Shown here one piece after another: positions 28,475-43,620 of a DNA stretch of 64,000 nucleotides. Position 1 is the stretch's first letter. The number at the start of each line of letters is the position of its first letter. The position numbers and the translations under genes are program-made. Source of the DNA: Eledone cirrhosa (Eukaryota); contig OZ024761.1 of the NCBI GenBank assembly GCA_964016885.1, forward strand, positions 16,430,001 through 16,494,000, given 5' to 3'. The notes below the pieces were generated by a model that had not been told where the DNA came from, did no database searches, and saw nothing but the letters and a program-made list of their open reading frames with translations.

Positions 28475-30120
28475 ACTATATTACTTTCACTGTTATTTCT
28501 AGCATAAAAAAGAAAAACCGGAAGGGGAGAAAATTGAAAAACTTCTTCTTTTTCCCTCCTCTAACTTTTCAAACAAAAGGAAATTTTATGTAAACAAAAA
28601 CGAAATTTTTGCCAAGAAAGATAACTCTTCTCTGACTTAAATCCAAAATTGGGTTACAAAAAAAAATACCCAATTTTGGATTTAAGTCAGAAAAGAGTTA
28701 TCTTTCTTGCCAAAAATTTCGTTTTTGTTTACATAAAATTTCTTTTGTTTGAAAAGTTAGAGGGGGAAAAAGAAGATGTTTTTCAATTTTCTCCACTTCT
28801 GGTTTTTTCTAGTGTATACTAGAAATAGCAGTCAAAGCATTATATATATATATATATGGCTTTTTTGTGACAATATATATTGTTTTAACGCTAAATTGTA
28901 TTTGCTGGCCTCTTGGACGCCCCTTCGCATAAAAAGCTCACTCGATTTTTATTATATTTTACGTTGTATTTTCAGGTTTATAGGCATTTATATAGACAAC
29001 CAACAATATTCGCGAGTTTTCACTATTCTCAGGTTCTCTATGTCCGTAAACCCTACAAAGACCGGGGGGGGGTAACTGTATATGAATACATGGACTAATA
29101 ATATACAGTATAATTATTCGAATATGCATATACATAGCAATATATATACAATAATATATATACATATTTACACATATATGTACATATATATAGACATACA
29201 TGTATATATATATGTATATATGCTTGTATGTATATATGTATACATATATATATATATATGCTTGTATGTATATATGTATACATATATATATATATATCCA
29301 TATTTAATTCGTGTTTACACTGCTTGTAATAATTCGTACGTTTTTTACTTTAGATGAAACATATATATAAAAACGTCTGTGGCTTTAGTATACCTTTCAG
29401 TTTGATTTCAATAGAAAAATACTTACTGAACATGTGTAACACAATTATAACTGGAGCTACTAAGTTCCTAGCCACTAGAAAATCTATTTGATAGAAGTTA
29501 TTTCCTAGTTCTATGCGCTGCCAATATCCCTTCTACTTTTTATATGCTTGTGTTTGTTAAAGAAACATTCTCTGATTTAGAAACTACGATCTTCTCGCAC
29601 CATCGCTGTAGTAATTCTTGTTAAATGTTTTGTCTGGTCTATTGTCAATAAGTGGCCTTGTTTTCTGATTATGAATAAAGTTAAGTGGTCTACTGAATTG
29701 ACAGAGGGTAATATGGATGTAAGAGTCTAATCTTGGTCAGAATTGTTTTCATTATTGCCTAGTAATGCACTGGGTATTTGCTGGCCTTATGCCTAAATTA
29801 GGAACAATTATTGCCTATTTATAAGTTTTGTTTAATTCCCGATAACTTTAAAATCTATTTCTTCGGTTGCTTAGTCCAACAAACCTTATATCAGTGTCCC
29901 TTCTTTTGACACTTTATTTTGGGTTGTACTGCCTTATCCCACCTATAATAACTTGAAGCAGATACAGTAAAAACAGGTCCTTGACTGTGAATACTAATGA
30001 GTTATGTTGAATATAATTGTTGAGGTTTATTCAATCTAAGAGAAGAAAAAGGAATTATAAGCCAAGTGCAAAATTAACGTTTAAAGAAAAGAAAAATATC
30101 TCTTTCTCTCTGGCAAAATT

Positions 30121-30604
30121 ATATATACATACATATAAACATATATATATACATATATATATATACATATATACATATATATATATACATATATATATAC
30201 ATATATATACATATATATACATATATAAATACATATATAAATACATATATATATACATATATATATACATATATATATATACATATATATATACACATAT
30301 ATAAATACATATATATATACATATATATATATACATATATATATATACATATATATATATACATATATATATATACATATATATATATACATATATATAT
30401 ATACATATACATATATATATATACATATATATATATACATATATATATACACATATATATATACATATATATATACACATATATATACACATATATATAC
30501 ACATATATATACATATATATATACATATATATATACATATATATATACATATATATACATATATATACATATATATATACATATATATATACATATATAT
30601 ATAC

Positions 30605-30635
<31 letters not shown>

Positions 30636-30904
30636 CATATATATATACATATATATATACATATATATATACATATATATACATATATATATACATATAT
30701 ATATACATATATATATACATATATACATATATATATACACATATATATACATATATATATACATATATATATACATATATATATACATATATATATACAT
30801 ATATATATATACATATATATACATATATATACATATATATATACATGTACATATATATACATATACATATATATATACATATATATATATACATTTATAC
30901 ATAC

Positions 30905-30937
<33 letters not shown>

Positions 30938-30960
30938 CATATGTATATACATATATATAT
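30121..30960. repeat. (TA)n/(TACA)n microsatellite tract
   Basis: Direct inspection. Confidence 0.97.
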
Positions 30961-32973
30961 CATCATCATCATCATCATCATTTTACGTCCGCTTTTCCCT
31001 GCTTGCAAGGGTGGGACGGGTCTTATTCAGCACAGCATCTCTCCACTCGTCACGGTCCTTCGTCATCTCCACCGTGAGCTTCAATGATCTGAAGTCTGTT
31101 CTCTCCACCTCCGCCCATGTTTTTCGTAGTCTACCTCTACCACGTCTTGCTTCAACTGGCATTTTCTGGCACTTCTTCACCCATCGGTCATCCTCCATGC
31201 GCATCACATGTCCATACCACCTCAGTCTCCTCTCCCGTACACTATATTCTATCCCTCTCAGAGACAGTTTCTCTCTCAACACATTTATGCTGGGTCATTC
31301 ACGCACATTTACACTGCACATCCAACGGAGCATGCTTGCCTCATTTCTCTCCAGCCGTCGCATATCCTCTGCAGTTGCTGCCCATGTCTCACTACCATGC
31401 AACATCGCACTCCTCACACAGGCATCATACAACCGGCCTTTCGTACACAGGGAGAAACCCTTCTTCGTCAACAGAGGAAGCAGCTCCCTAAACTTCTTCC
31501 AACCCGTCCTTATTCTAGATACTATGGCCTCGGAACACCCTCCTCCCATGCTAATCTGATCTCCTAGGTACTGGAAGCTATCCACCACTTCTATAGCGCC
31601 CTCCTGCATTTGAAAAATGTGTCTATCAATGCGACTTCTACTGTCTAATTTCCCTGTACATCTACTGCATACATATTTCTCCCTACCTGTTAGTTTGCCT
31701 GCTATCCCGCTACATCTCTTGTGTACCCAGGATCTGCATTGTGTGCATTTTATAGAATTTATGCCAGTTCCTTTTCTGCATATCGAACATGGCCATTTCC
31801 CTGACGGAATCAGGGTTTTGTCCTCTTTTCTACTCACCAACACTTTTGTCTTAGCTAGATTCACTCTCAGTCCTCTTGCTTCCAACTGCTGTTTCCATAG
31901 CCAGAATTTATTCTCTAGCTCCTCTACTGATTCTGCTATAAGAACCAGATCGTCAGCATAGATAAGTTCCCATGGACAGCCAGTCTTAAACTCCTCTGTT
32001 ATGGCTTGGAGGACTATAATAAACAAGAGCGGGCTGAGGACCGAACCCTGATGTACTCCTCACTAAACTCCATTCCTACCCTGACTTTACTGAGAGTACA
32101 TCTGTACAAAGTTTGCACTGTCCTCACAAGCCATTCCTCAACACCTAGCTTCCTTAGGGACCACCAGATGACAGATCGGGGTACCCTATCAAAGGCCTTC
32201 TCTAGGTCAACAAAGGCTAAGTATAGTGGTTTATTCTTCTCTAAGAACCTCTCTTGCAATTGTCTCACCAAGAAGAGGGCATCTGTTGTACTCTTCCCAG
32301 GCACAAAACCAAACTGCATCTCATCTAGTTTGATCCTTTCTCTAATTAGTTGCGCTAAAATCCTTTCTGCCACTTTCATAAGCTGATCTATCAGTTTTAT
32401 ACCCCTATAATTGCTCCTCTCCAGAGCATCCCCTTTATCTTTGTAGCAATTTATGAGAATACTGCTGCACCAGTCTTTGGGTATGACACCACCATATATA
32501 GCCTGATTGATGATGCGTGCAACCAGTTTAGTGCCTACGGCCCCTGATGCCTTCGGCATCTCAGCAACTATTCCCGATGGTCCGGCAGCCTTACCATTTT
32601 TCATTTCCCTAATCGCCTCTTGGACCCTATATTCGTCAATATCAATAGCTGGTCCCTCTGTCGGATCTACCAAGGGTAATTTCTCTCTCTCCCATTTGTT
32701 CTCCACATTCATCCGTCTCTCATAATGACATTTCCAGGCCTCCTTTTTCTGATCATTCGTGACACTAAGTACACCGGCATCATTCCGGACACACTGCCTT
32801 GCAATGTGGAACACCGCACGCCTCTGATCTTCCCGTCGCAGAACATTGACAAACCTCCTACTCTCTGCCTCCCTGCGTGCTAAGTACACCTGACGTCCAG
32901 CTTCTCTCTTAGTGGCTGAATATTCTTCCCTACTCCCACCCTTTTTCCAAGCCTTCCATGCTAGTCTTTTGTC
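30961..32973 (-). mobile_element. 5'-truncated RTE-clade LINE (reverse transcriptase pseudogene with a Cys-rich PHD-like insert) ending in a (GAT)n tail
   Basis: ORF pieces show KAAGPSGI, NYRGIKL, QFGFVPGKSTTDA, AFVDLEKAFDRVPR, ELIYADDLVL, CSICRKG...CTQCRSWVHKRC...CSRC and [11 protein letters not shown]. Frameshifts near 32040 and 31290; (CAT)n at 30961-30981 on the plus strand. Confidence 0.93.
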
Positions 32974-33098
32974 TATATATATATACATATATATATACAT
33001 ACATATATACATATATACATACATATATACATACATACATATATACATACATATATATATACATATATATATACATACATATATACATACATATATAC

Positions 33099-33147
<49 letters not shown>

Positions 33148-33173
33148 CATACATATATACATACATACATATA

Positions 33174-33783
33174 TGGTGGCTGCCAACTCGTTTTCGAGTA
33201 TGGCCACTACTTTATATCCATGTAGGAGAACTCCTACCGAAGCGCTGAACGAGTGTGACTTTTTAGTCCAGCCACCGACTTGAAAACTCTGGTACAAACA
33301 CTACACCTGTGACAATTATTGACACATAGTGCTGGGCCCATGGTACCATGTGACGACAAGTGCAGAGAGATCTCTAGATATAAAGCAATGCCTGTGCCGT
33401 GAAGCTTTTATAGTGAGCAAAGGCACTGCACAAAGCCAGTCCCACTCTCTTAACCAAGATGATATTTACCAAAAAGAAGAACAAGTCAACATCATTGGAT
33501 ACCATCAGGGTTGCAGGTGTTATATCAGAGTTTTCCTTCTCCTAGAATTCTGCCTTGACAAAGGCTAAGGGATCATCTCTCCCAGTGATTTTGGATGGCT
33601 ATTGACTCTTAAGAGCCCCTTTGCCTTTTGACAGGTTTTGTTTTTAGTCCTGCAGGATGTTCAAAGCCACCCTCCTCACCAAGAAACCTTGGTGGGGTTG
33701 CCAGTTTAGTCGTCAACGACCCGAGCATGAGACAGGTTGTACTGGGATACATGTTACCAGTAGCACCAACTGGTGATCTGACA
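33174..33783 (-). mobile_element. Bipartite non-autonomous RTE/BovB-derived retroelement, ~610 bp (copy A)
   Basis: The sense 5' part contains GGAGAAGGAAAACTCTGAT (RTE/BovB 5'UTR-like). The 3' part encodes a C2H2-like [21 protein letters not shown] and ends GGCCATACTCGAAAACGAGTTGGCAGCCACCA followed by (TATG)n. No RT is present. Confidence 0.7.
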
Positions 33784-34438
33784 CATACATATATATATAC
33801 ATACATATATATATACATACATACATACATATATATATACAAATATACATACATATATATATACATATATACATACATATATATATACATATATACATAC
33901 ATATATATATACATATATATATACATATATACATACATATATATATACATATATACATACATATATATATATACATATATACATACATATATATATACAT
34001 ATATACATTCATATATATATATACATATATACATACATATATATATACATATATACATTCATATATAAATATACATATATACATACATATATATATACAT
34101 ATATACATTCATATATAAATATACATATATACATACATATATATACATATATACATACATATATATATATACATATATACATACATATATATATATACAT
34201 ATATACATACATATATATATATACATATATACATACATATATATATATACATATATACATACATATATATATATACATACATATATATATATATACATAC
34301 ATATATATATATACATATATATATACATACATATATAGATATACATACATATATATATATATATACGTACATATACTTACATATATATATATACATACAT
34401 ATATATATATACATACATATACATACATATATATATAT

Positions 34439-34477
<39 letters not shown>

Positions 34478-34698
34478 CATGTATATATATATACATACAT
34501 GTATATATATATATACATACATATATATATATATATACATACATGTATATATATATACATACATGTATATATATATACATACATGTATATATATATACAT
34601 ACATATATATATATATACATACATGTATATATATATACATACATATATATATATATATATACATACATATATATATACATATATATATATATACATAC

Positions 34699-34771
<73 letters not shown>

Positions 34772-34880
34772 CACATATATATATATATACATACATATAT
34801 ATATATATACACATATATATATATATACATACATATATATATATATACACATATATATATATATACATACATATATATAT

Positions 34881-34911
<31 letters not shown>

Positions 34912-34921
34912 ATATATATAT

Positions 34922-34968
<47 letters not shown>

Positions 34969-34979
34969 CATATATATAT

Positions 34980-35070
<91 letters not shown>

Positions 35071-35337
35071 CATACATATATATATATACATACACATATA
35101 TATATACATACATACATATATATATATACATACATATATATATATATACATACATATATATTTATATACATACATATATATATATATATATACATACATA
35201 TATATATACATACATATATATATATATATATACATACATATATATATACATACATATATATATATATATATACATACATATATATATACATACATATATA
35301 TATATATATATACATACATATATACATACATATATAT

Positions 35338-35396
<59 letters not shown>

Positions 35397-35403
35397 CACA
35401 TAC

Positions 35404-35454
<51 letters not shown>

Positions 35455-35455
35455 C

Positions 35456-35504
<49 letters not shown>

Positions 35505-35809
35505 CATATATATATATACATACATACATATACATACATATATATATACATACATACATATATATACATACATACATATATATATATATACATACATATA
35601 TATATACATACATATATATATACATACATATACATATATATATATATATACATACATATATATATACATACATATATATATATATATACATACATATATA
35701 TATATATATACATACATATATATATATACACATACATATATATATATACATACATATATATATATACATACATATATATATATACATACATATATATATA
35801 TATACATAC

Positions 35810-35848
<39 letters not shown>

Positions 35849-36146
35849 CATACATATATATACATACATACATACATATATATACATACATACATATACA
35901 TACATACATACATATATATATATATATACATACATACATATATATACATACATACATATATATATATATATACATACATACATATATATACATACATACA
36001 TATATATATACATACATACATATATATATACATACATACATATATATACATACATACATATATATATACATACATACATATATATACATACATACATATA
36101 TATATACATACATACATATATATACATACATACATATATATATACA

Positions 36147-36204
<58 letters not shown>

Positions 36205-36290
36205 CATATATACATACATACATATATACATACATATATACATACATACATATATATATATATACATATATACATACATATATATATACA
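33784..36290. repeat. ~2.5-kb (TA)n/(TACA)n microsatellite tract
   Basis: Direct inspection. Confidence 0.97.
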
Positions 36291-36908
36291 TGGTGGCTGC
36301 CAACTCGTTTTCGAGTACGGCCACTACTTTATATCCATGTAGGAGAACCCCTACCGATGCGCTGAACGAGTGTGACTTTTCAGTCCAGCCACCGACTTGA
36401 AAGCTCTGGTACAAACACTACACCTGTGACAATTATTGACACATTAGTGCTTGGCCCATGGTACCATGTGACGACAAGTGCAGAGAGATCAGAGATCTCC
36501 AGATATAAAGCAATGCCTGTGCCGTGAAGCTTTTATAGTGAGCAAAGGCACTGCACAAAGCCAGTCCCACTCTCTTAACCAAGATGATATTTACCAAAAA
36601 GAAGAACAAGTCAACATCATTGGATACCATCAGGGTTGCAGGTGTTATATCAGAGTTTTCCTTCTCCTAGAATTCTGCCTTGACAAAGGCTAAGGGGTCA
36701 TCTCTCCCAGTGATTTTGGATGGCCATTGACTCTTAAGAGCTCCTTTGCCCTTTGACAGGTTTTGTTTTTAGTCCTGCAGGATGTCCAAAGTCACCCTCC
36801 TCACCAAGAAACCTTGGTGGGGTTGCCAGTTTAGTCGCCAACGACCCGACCATGGGACAGGTTGTACTGGGATACATGTTACCAGTAGCACCAACTGGTG
36901 ACCTGACA
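36291..36908 (-). mobile_element. Bipartite RTE-derived element (copy B, full length)
   Basis: Near-identical to 33174-33783. Confidence 0.7.
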
Positions 36909-36989
36909 CATACATACATACATACATACATACATATCCATCCATACATACATACATGCATGCATACATACATACATACATACATATCT

Positions 36990-37720
36990 CTATGCAATAC
37001 AGGAACAAGAACTCCCTACCAAATATCTGCTGCACAAAAGAGGAGGGCCAGCAGCTGACAATAAATGTAGGCTATGTAAAACAAAGATCGAGGATGTAAG
37101 CCACATTGTTGCCAGCTGCTAAAGAATGTCATCTCGCTACTACCTCCCCATGAGACACGATGGGATAGCGAGAACCATCTGGAACGCACTTCGGAAAACA
37201 AAATTAACAACAAACGAGGAAGAATATATTGAGACAGATGGCACTAAAGAATACTGGTGGAACCTGAAAATAAAAACTGCCACCAAATTAAAACACAACC
37301 GGCCTGATATTGTTGTTTGGGACCACACATTGAAAACGTGTTCTGTTGTGGAGATCAGCTGCCCACTTGATGTAAACGTTGTCAGAAAAATACAGGAGAA
37401 GGAGGACATCTACGGACCATTGATGAGGAGTTTACAAATCCAGTATCTAAGATACACCTTTAGCTTCATAACAATCATTATTGGAGCTACGGGTTATATA
37501 CCAACCCGCTTGGACGAAAGTCTGACTGAACTTAGATTTGCGGACAAAAAGCGCAGCTCCCTCATTCATAGACTACAAATGGCTGCGATAGCTGGCACCT
37601 TCAAAATTTGCAAAAATTCTTGCGATTCAAGGGATGACAATTTCTTTTCTTTTACAACCTTGCCACCAGGAAGGTGGCGGGTCAAAAAAATATACTCGAA
37701 ATTAAGAGAAAGAGAAAACA
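36990..37720 (+). mobile_element. 5'-truncated Dong/R4-type non-LTR retrotransposon (CCHC knuckle plus restriction-like endonuclease)
   Basis: AIQEQELPTKYL...DNKCRLCKTKIEDVSHIVASC*, then RHD...KHNRPDIVVWD...VVEISCP...KEDIYGPL (PD-(D/E)xK-type RLE motif). Inserted in (TACA)n. Confidence 0.85.
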
Positions 37721-37754
37721 TACATATATGCATACATGCATACATACATATGCA

Positions 37755-37785
<31 letters not shown>

Positions 37786-37815
37786 GCATACATACATACA
37801 TACATACATAAATAA

Positions 37816-37965
37816 TGATGGCTGCCAACTCGTTTTCGAGTATGGCCATTACTTTATATCCATGTAGGAGAACCCCTACCGATGCGCTGAACGAGTGTGA
37901 CTTTTTAGTCCAGCCAGCGACTTGAAAACTCTGGTACAAACACTACACCTGTGAGTGACAATTAT
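37816..37965 (-). mobile_element. Bipartite RTE-derived element (copy C, 3' fragment)
   Basis: Matches the 3' ~150 bp of copy A. Confidence 0.7.
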
Positions 37966-37979
37966 ATATACATACATAT

Positions 37980-38018
<39 letters not shown>

Positions 38019-38170
38019 CATATATACATACATATATATATATATATACATACATATATACATACATACATATATACATACATACATATATACATACATA
38101 CATACATATTTATATACATACATATATATATACATACATATATACATACATATATATATATACATACATA

Positions 38171-38241
<71 letters not shown>

Positions 38242-38310
38242 TCATACATATATATACATACATATATATATACATACATATATATATACATACATACATA
38301 TATACATACA

Positions 38311-38703
38311 TGGTGGCTGCCAACTCGTTTTCGAGTACGGCCACTACTTTATATCCATGTAGGAGAACTCCTACCGATGCGCTGAACGAGTGTGACATTT
38401 CAGTCCAGCCAGTGACTTGAAAACTCTGGTACAAACACTACACTTGTGACAATTATTGACACATAGTGCTTGGCCCATGGTACCATGTGACGACAAGTGC
38501 AGAGAGATCAGAGATCTCCAGATATAAAGCAATGCCTGTGCCGTGAAGCTTTTATAGTGAGCAAAGGCACTGCACAAAGCCAGTCCCACTCTCTTAACCA
38601 AGATGATATTTACCAAAAAGAAGAACAGTTCAACATCATTGGATTCCATCAGAGTTGCAGGTGTTATATCAGAGTTTTCCTTCTCCTAGAATTCTGCCTT
38701 GAC
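38311..38703 (-). mobile_element. Bipartite RTE-derived element (copy D, 5'-truncated)
   Basis: Matches the 3' ~390 bp of copy B. Confidence 0.7.
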
Positions 38704-39626
<923 letters not shown>

Positions 39627-40235
39627 TGGTGGCTGCCAACTCGTTTTCGAGTACGGCCACTACTTTATAACCATGTAGGAGAACCCCTACCGATACGCTG
39701 AACGAGTGTGACTTTTTAGTCCAGCCAGCAACTTGAAAACTCTGGTACAAACACTACACTTGTGACAATTATTGACACATAGTGCTGGGCCCATGGTACC
39801 ATGTAATGACAAGTGCAGAGAGATCTCCAGATACAAAGCAATGCCTGTGCCGTGAAGCTTTTATAGTGAGCAAAGGCACTGCACAAAGCCAGTCCCACTC
39901 TCTTAACCAAGATGATATTTACCAAAAAGAAGAACAAGTCAACATCATTGGATACCATCAGGGTTGCAGGTGTTATATCAGAGTTTTCCTTCTCCTAGAA
40001 TTCTGCCTTGACAAAGGCTAAGGGGTCATCTCTCCCGGTGATTTTGGATGGCCATTGACTCTTAAGAGCTCCTTTGCCCTTTGACAGGTTTTGTTTTTAG
40101 TCCTGCAGGATGTCCAAAGTCACCCTCCTCACCAAGAAACCTTAGTGGGGTTGCCAGTTTAGTCGCCAACGACCCGACCATGAGACAGGTTGTACTGGGA
40201 TACATGTTACCAGTAGCACCAAGTGGTGACCTGAC
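39627..40235 (-). mobile_element. Bipartite RTE-derived element (copy E, full length)
   Basis: Near-identical to copies A and B. Confidence 0.7.
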
Positions 40236-40258
40236 ATATACATACATACATACATACA

Positions 40259-40292
<34 letters not shown>

Positions 40293-40394
40293 AACATACA
40301 TACATATATATATAAACATACATACATATATATATACATACATACATACATATACACATACATACATATATATATACATACATATATACATACA

Positions 40395-40793
40395 TGGTGG
40401 CTGCCAACTCGTTTTCGAGTACGGCCACCACCTTACATCCATGTAGGATAACCCCTACCGAAGCGCTGAACGAGTGTGACTTTTTAGTCCAGCCAGCGAC
40501 TTGAAACCTCTGGTACAAACACTACACCTGTGACAATTATTGACACATAGTGCTAGGCCCATGGTAGGACAATCATTGACACATAGTGCTGGGCCCATGT
40601 GAGGACAAGTGCAGAGAGATCTCCAGATATAAAGCAATGCCTGTGCCGTGAAGCTTTTATAGTGAGCAAAGGCACTGCACAAAGCCAGTCCCACTCTCTT
40701 AACCAAGATGATATTTACCAAAAAGAAGAACAAGTCAACATCATTGGATACCATCAGAGTTGCAGGTGTTATATCAGAGTTTTCCTTCTAGAA
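40395..40793 (-). mobile_element. Bipartite RTE-derived element (copy F, 5'-truncated, with a short internal duplication)
   Basis: Matches copy A; GACAAT..TTGACACATAGTGCT.GGCCCATG occurs twice at ~40532-40600. Confidence 0.7.
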
Positions 40794-41001
40794 TGTATGT
40801 AAATATGTATATATATGTATATATATATACATATATATATGTATATATGTATGTATATATATATACATATATATGTATGTATATATATATACATATATAT
40901 ATACATACATACATATATATATATACATATATATATACATATATATACATATATACACATATATATATATATATATATATACATATATATACATATATAT
41001 A

Positions 41002-42357
41002 TTCTTTTACTCTTTTACCTGTTTCAGCCATCCGGCTGAGGCCATGCTGGGGCACCGCCCTTGTTGCTACACATTTTATCTCCAGCCTGTATAGGTTGGC
41101 CACTGGTGTAGGAGGGAGTTTGTTGCTGCTGCCCTTAGGTTTCCCTCGTGTCTTGCTGTGGGCTCATCCGGGATCCTGGATAACAAGGTGTCGAGATGTT
41201 TCTTAAAGACATCCACCTCCACGTCATGCAAGTCTCGCAGATGCCTCGGCAGCCTGTTGAAAAGTTGAGGGCCCTTGAATCCCAGGCTATTGCAATACCT
41301 GCTCGTTATTCTAGATGTGGAAGACGGGACCTTTGGCACCACACAGTGACGTCCTGTTCGACGGTTGGTCCAGCTCCCAATGCCAAAGTTTGGTGCTAGT
41401 CCCTCCAGGATTTTCCACATGTAGATCACTGCGTATCTCTCCCGTCTTCGCTCCAAGGAGTAGAGGTTCAGTTCCTTCAGCCTCTCCCAGTAGCTTGTCT
41501 CCCTCATCTTGGCAATCCTCTTGGTGTAGCTTCGCTGGATTGCCTCAAGCTCTGTGGTTAGTTTGACACTATGGGGTGACCACAGCTGGGAGCAGTAGTC
41601 CAGGCGGCTTAGGACAAAAGTCCTCCACAGTGTCAACATGGTGTCTCGATCTCTTGTAAGGAAAGTCCTCAAGATCCAGCCAGCGAATCGTCTACATGCT
41701 GTCGCCACCTTCATGATGTGTGAAGAAAAAGATGCATCATCGCTCATGTCTATGCCCAGGTCTCGTATCGATTTTGACACGGGGATATCGGTCCCTCCTG
41801 GTCCTGTGTATCTGTGTTCCGCTATATTTGTGTTTGTGTTTGCAGGTTTGTATTGTAGGGCTTGGAATTTGCCAGCATTAAACTGCATGTTGTTTTCTTC
41901 CGCCCATCTGTATATGGCATCCAGATCCTGCTGTAAGAGGGCAGCGTCAGCCGAGTTTTTGATTGCCTGTGCTACCTTAGTGTCATCAGCATAGCTAGTG
42001 AGGGATGTTGTTGCATGCACCACAGAGGGCATGTCCGAGAGAGCCACCAAAAACAGTAGTGGTCCCAGGACTGTCCCCTGAGGCACCCCACTTGTTATCG
42101 GTGTTTCCCTCGAGAGGGCCCCATTTGCTGCGACTGCCTGGCTTCTGTCCCTTAGGAAGCCATGCAGCCACTCACCTACTTTTCCAGTTATGCCGAGTCC
42201 GTGTAGTTTGTGACATATCATTCCGTGGTCGACCTTGTCAAAGGCCTTCGCAAAGTCAAGATATATCACGTCTACATGTGAGCTGTCTAGTAGTTGTCTC
42301 AGTACCCAGTCGTAGTGATGTAGCAGCTGTGTAAGGCAGCTTCTTCCTGGGCGGAAT
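41002..42357 (-). mobile_element. 5'-truncated CR1-like LINE with an open RT C-terminal ORF
   Basis: [56 protein letters not shown] and [10 protein letters not shown] in one frame from ~42357 to the stop at 41076. 3' tail GGCGGTGCCCCAGCATGGCC...GAAACAGGTAAAAGAGTAAAAGA. Confidence 0.92.
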
Positions 42358-42390
42358 ATACATATATATATATATATATATACATATGTA

Positions 42391-42442
<52 letters not shown>

Positions 42443-42457
42443 CATATATATATATAC

Positions 42458-42504
<47 letters not shown>

Positions 42505-42535
42505 TACATATACATATATATATATACATATATAC

Positions 42536-42576
<41 letters not shown>

Positions 42577-42731
42577 TACATATACATATATATATATATA
42601 TACATATATACATATACATATATATACATATATACATATACATATATACATATATATACATATATACATATACATATATATATATATATATATATACATA
42701 TATACATATATATACATATATATATATACAC

Positions 42732-42762
<31 letters not shown>

Positions 42763-43620
42763 CATATATATACATATCATCATCATCAACGTTTAACGTC
42801 CGTGTTCCACGCTTGCATGGGTTTGGACGGGATATATACATATATATATATATACATATATATCCATATATACATACATATATATACATATATACATACA
42901 TATACATATATACATACATATATATACATATATACATATACATATATATACATACATATACATACATATACATATACATACATATATATACATATACATA
43001 CATACATACATATATATATATACATACATACATACATTACATATACATACATATACATACATACATACACATACATATACATACATATATATACATACAT
43101 ATACATATACATATATACATATACATATATACATACATATACATATATATATATACATACATATACATATATATATATACATATACATATATACATATAC
43201 ATATACATATATACATATACATATACATATATATATATACATATACATATATATATATACATATACATATATATATATACATATACATATATACATATAC
43301 ATATATATATATACATATACATATATATATATACATATACATATATACATATACATATATATATATACATATACATATATATACACATATACACATATAT
43401 ACATATACACATATATATACATATATATATACATATATATATACATATATACATATACATATACATATATACATATACACATATATATACATATATATAT
43501 ACATATATATATACATATATACATATATACATACACATATATACATATATACATATACATATATACATATACATATATACATATATACATATATACATAT
43601 ACACACATATATATATATAC
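42358..43620. repeat. (TA)n/(TACA)n tracts interrupted by a short RTE-type 3' tail at ~42777-42832
   Basis: Direct inspection. CATCATCATCAACGTTTAACGTCCGTGTTCCACGCTTGCATGGG resembles 30961-31020. Confidence 0.9.

Larger units (their letters stand above)
1..30120. repeat. ~6.3-kb tandem macrosatellite/segmental array, four full units plus a diverged partial fifth; probably continues upstream of the window
   Basis: GTATTGTTTAATTGCCGATA recurs at 1, 6294, 12595, 18893 and 25202 (periods 6293, 6301, 6298, 6309). Units 1-4 differ mainly in microsatellite length and a few SNPs/indels. Unit 5 is more diverged and ends at a TA tract near 30120. Confidence 0.97.
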
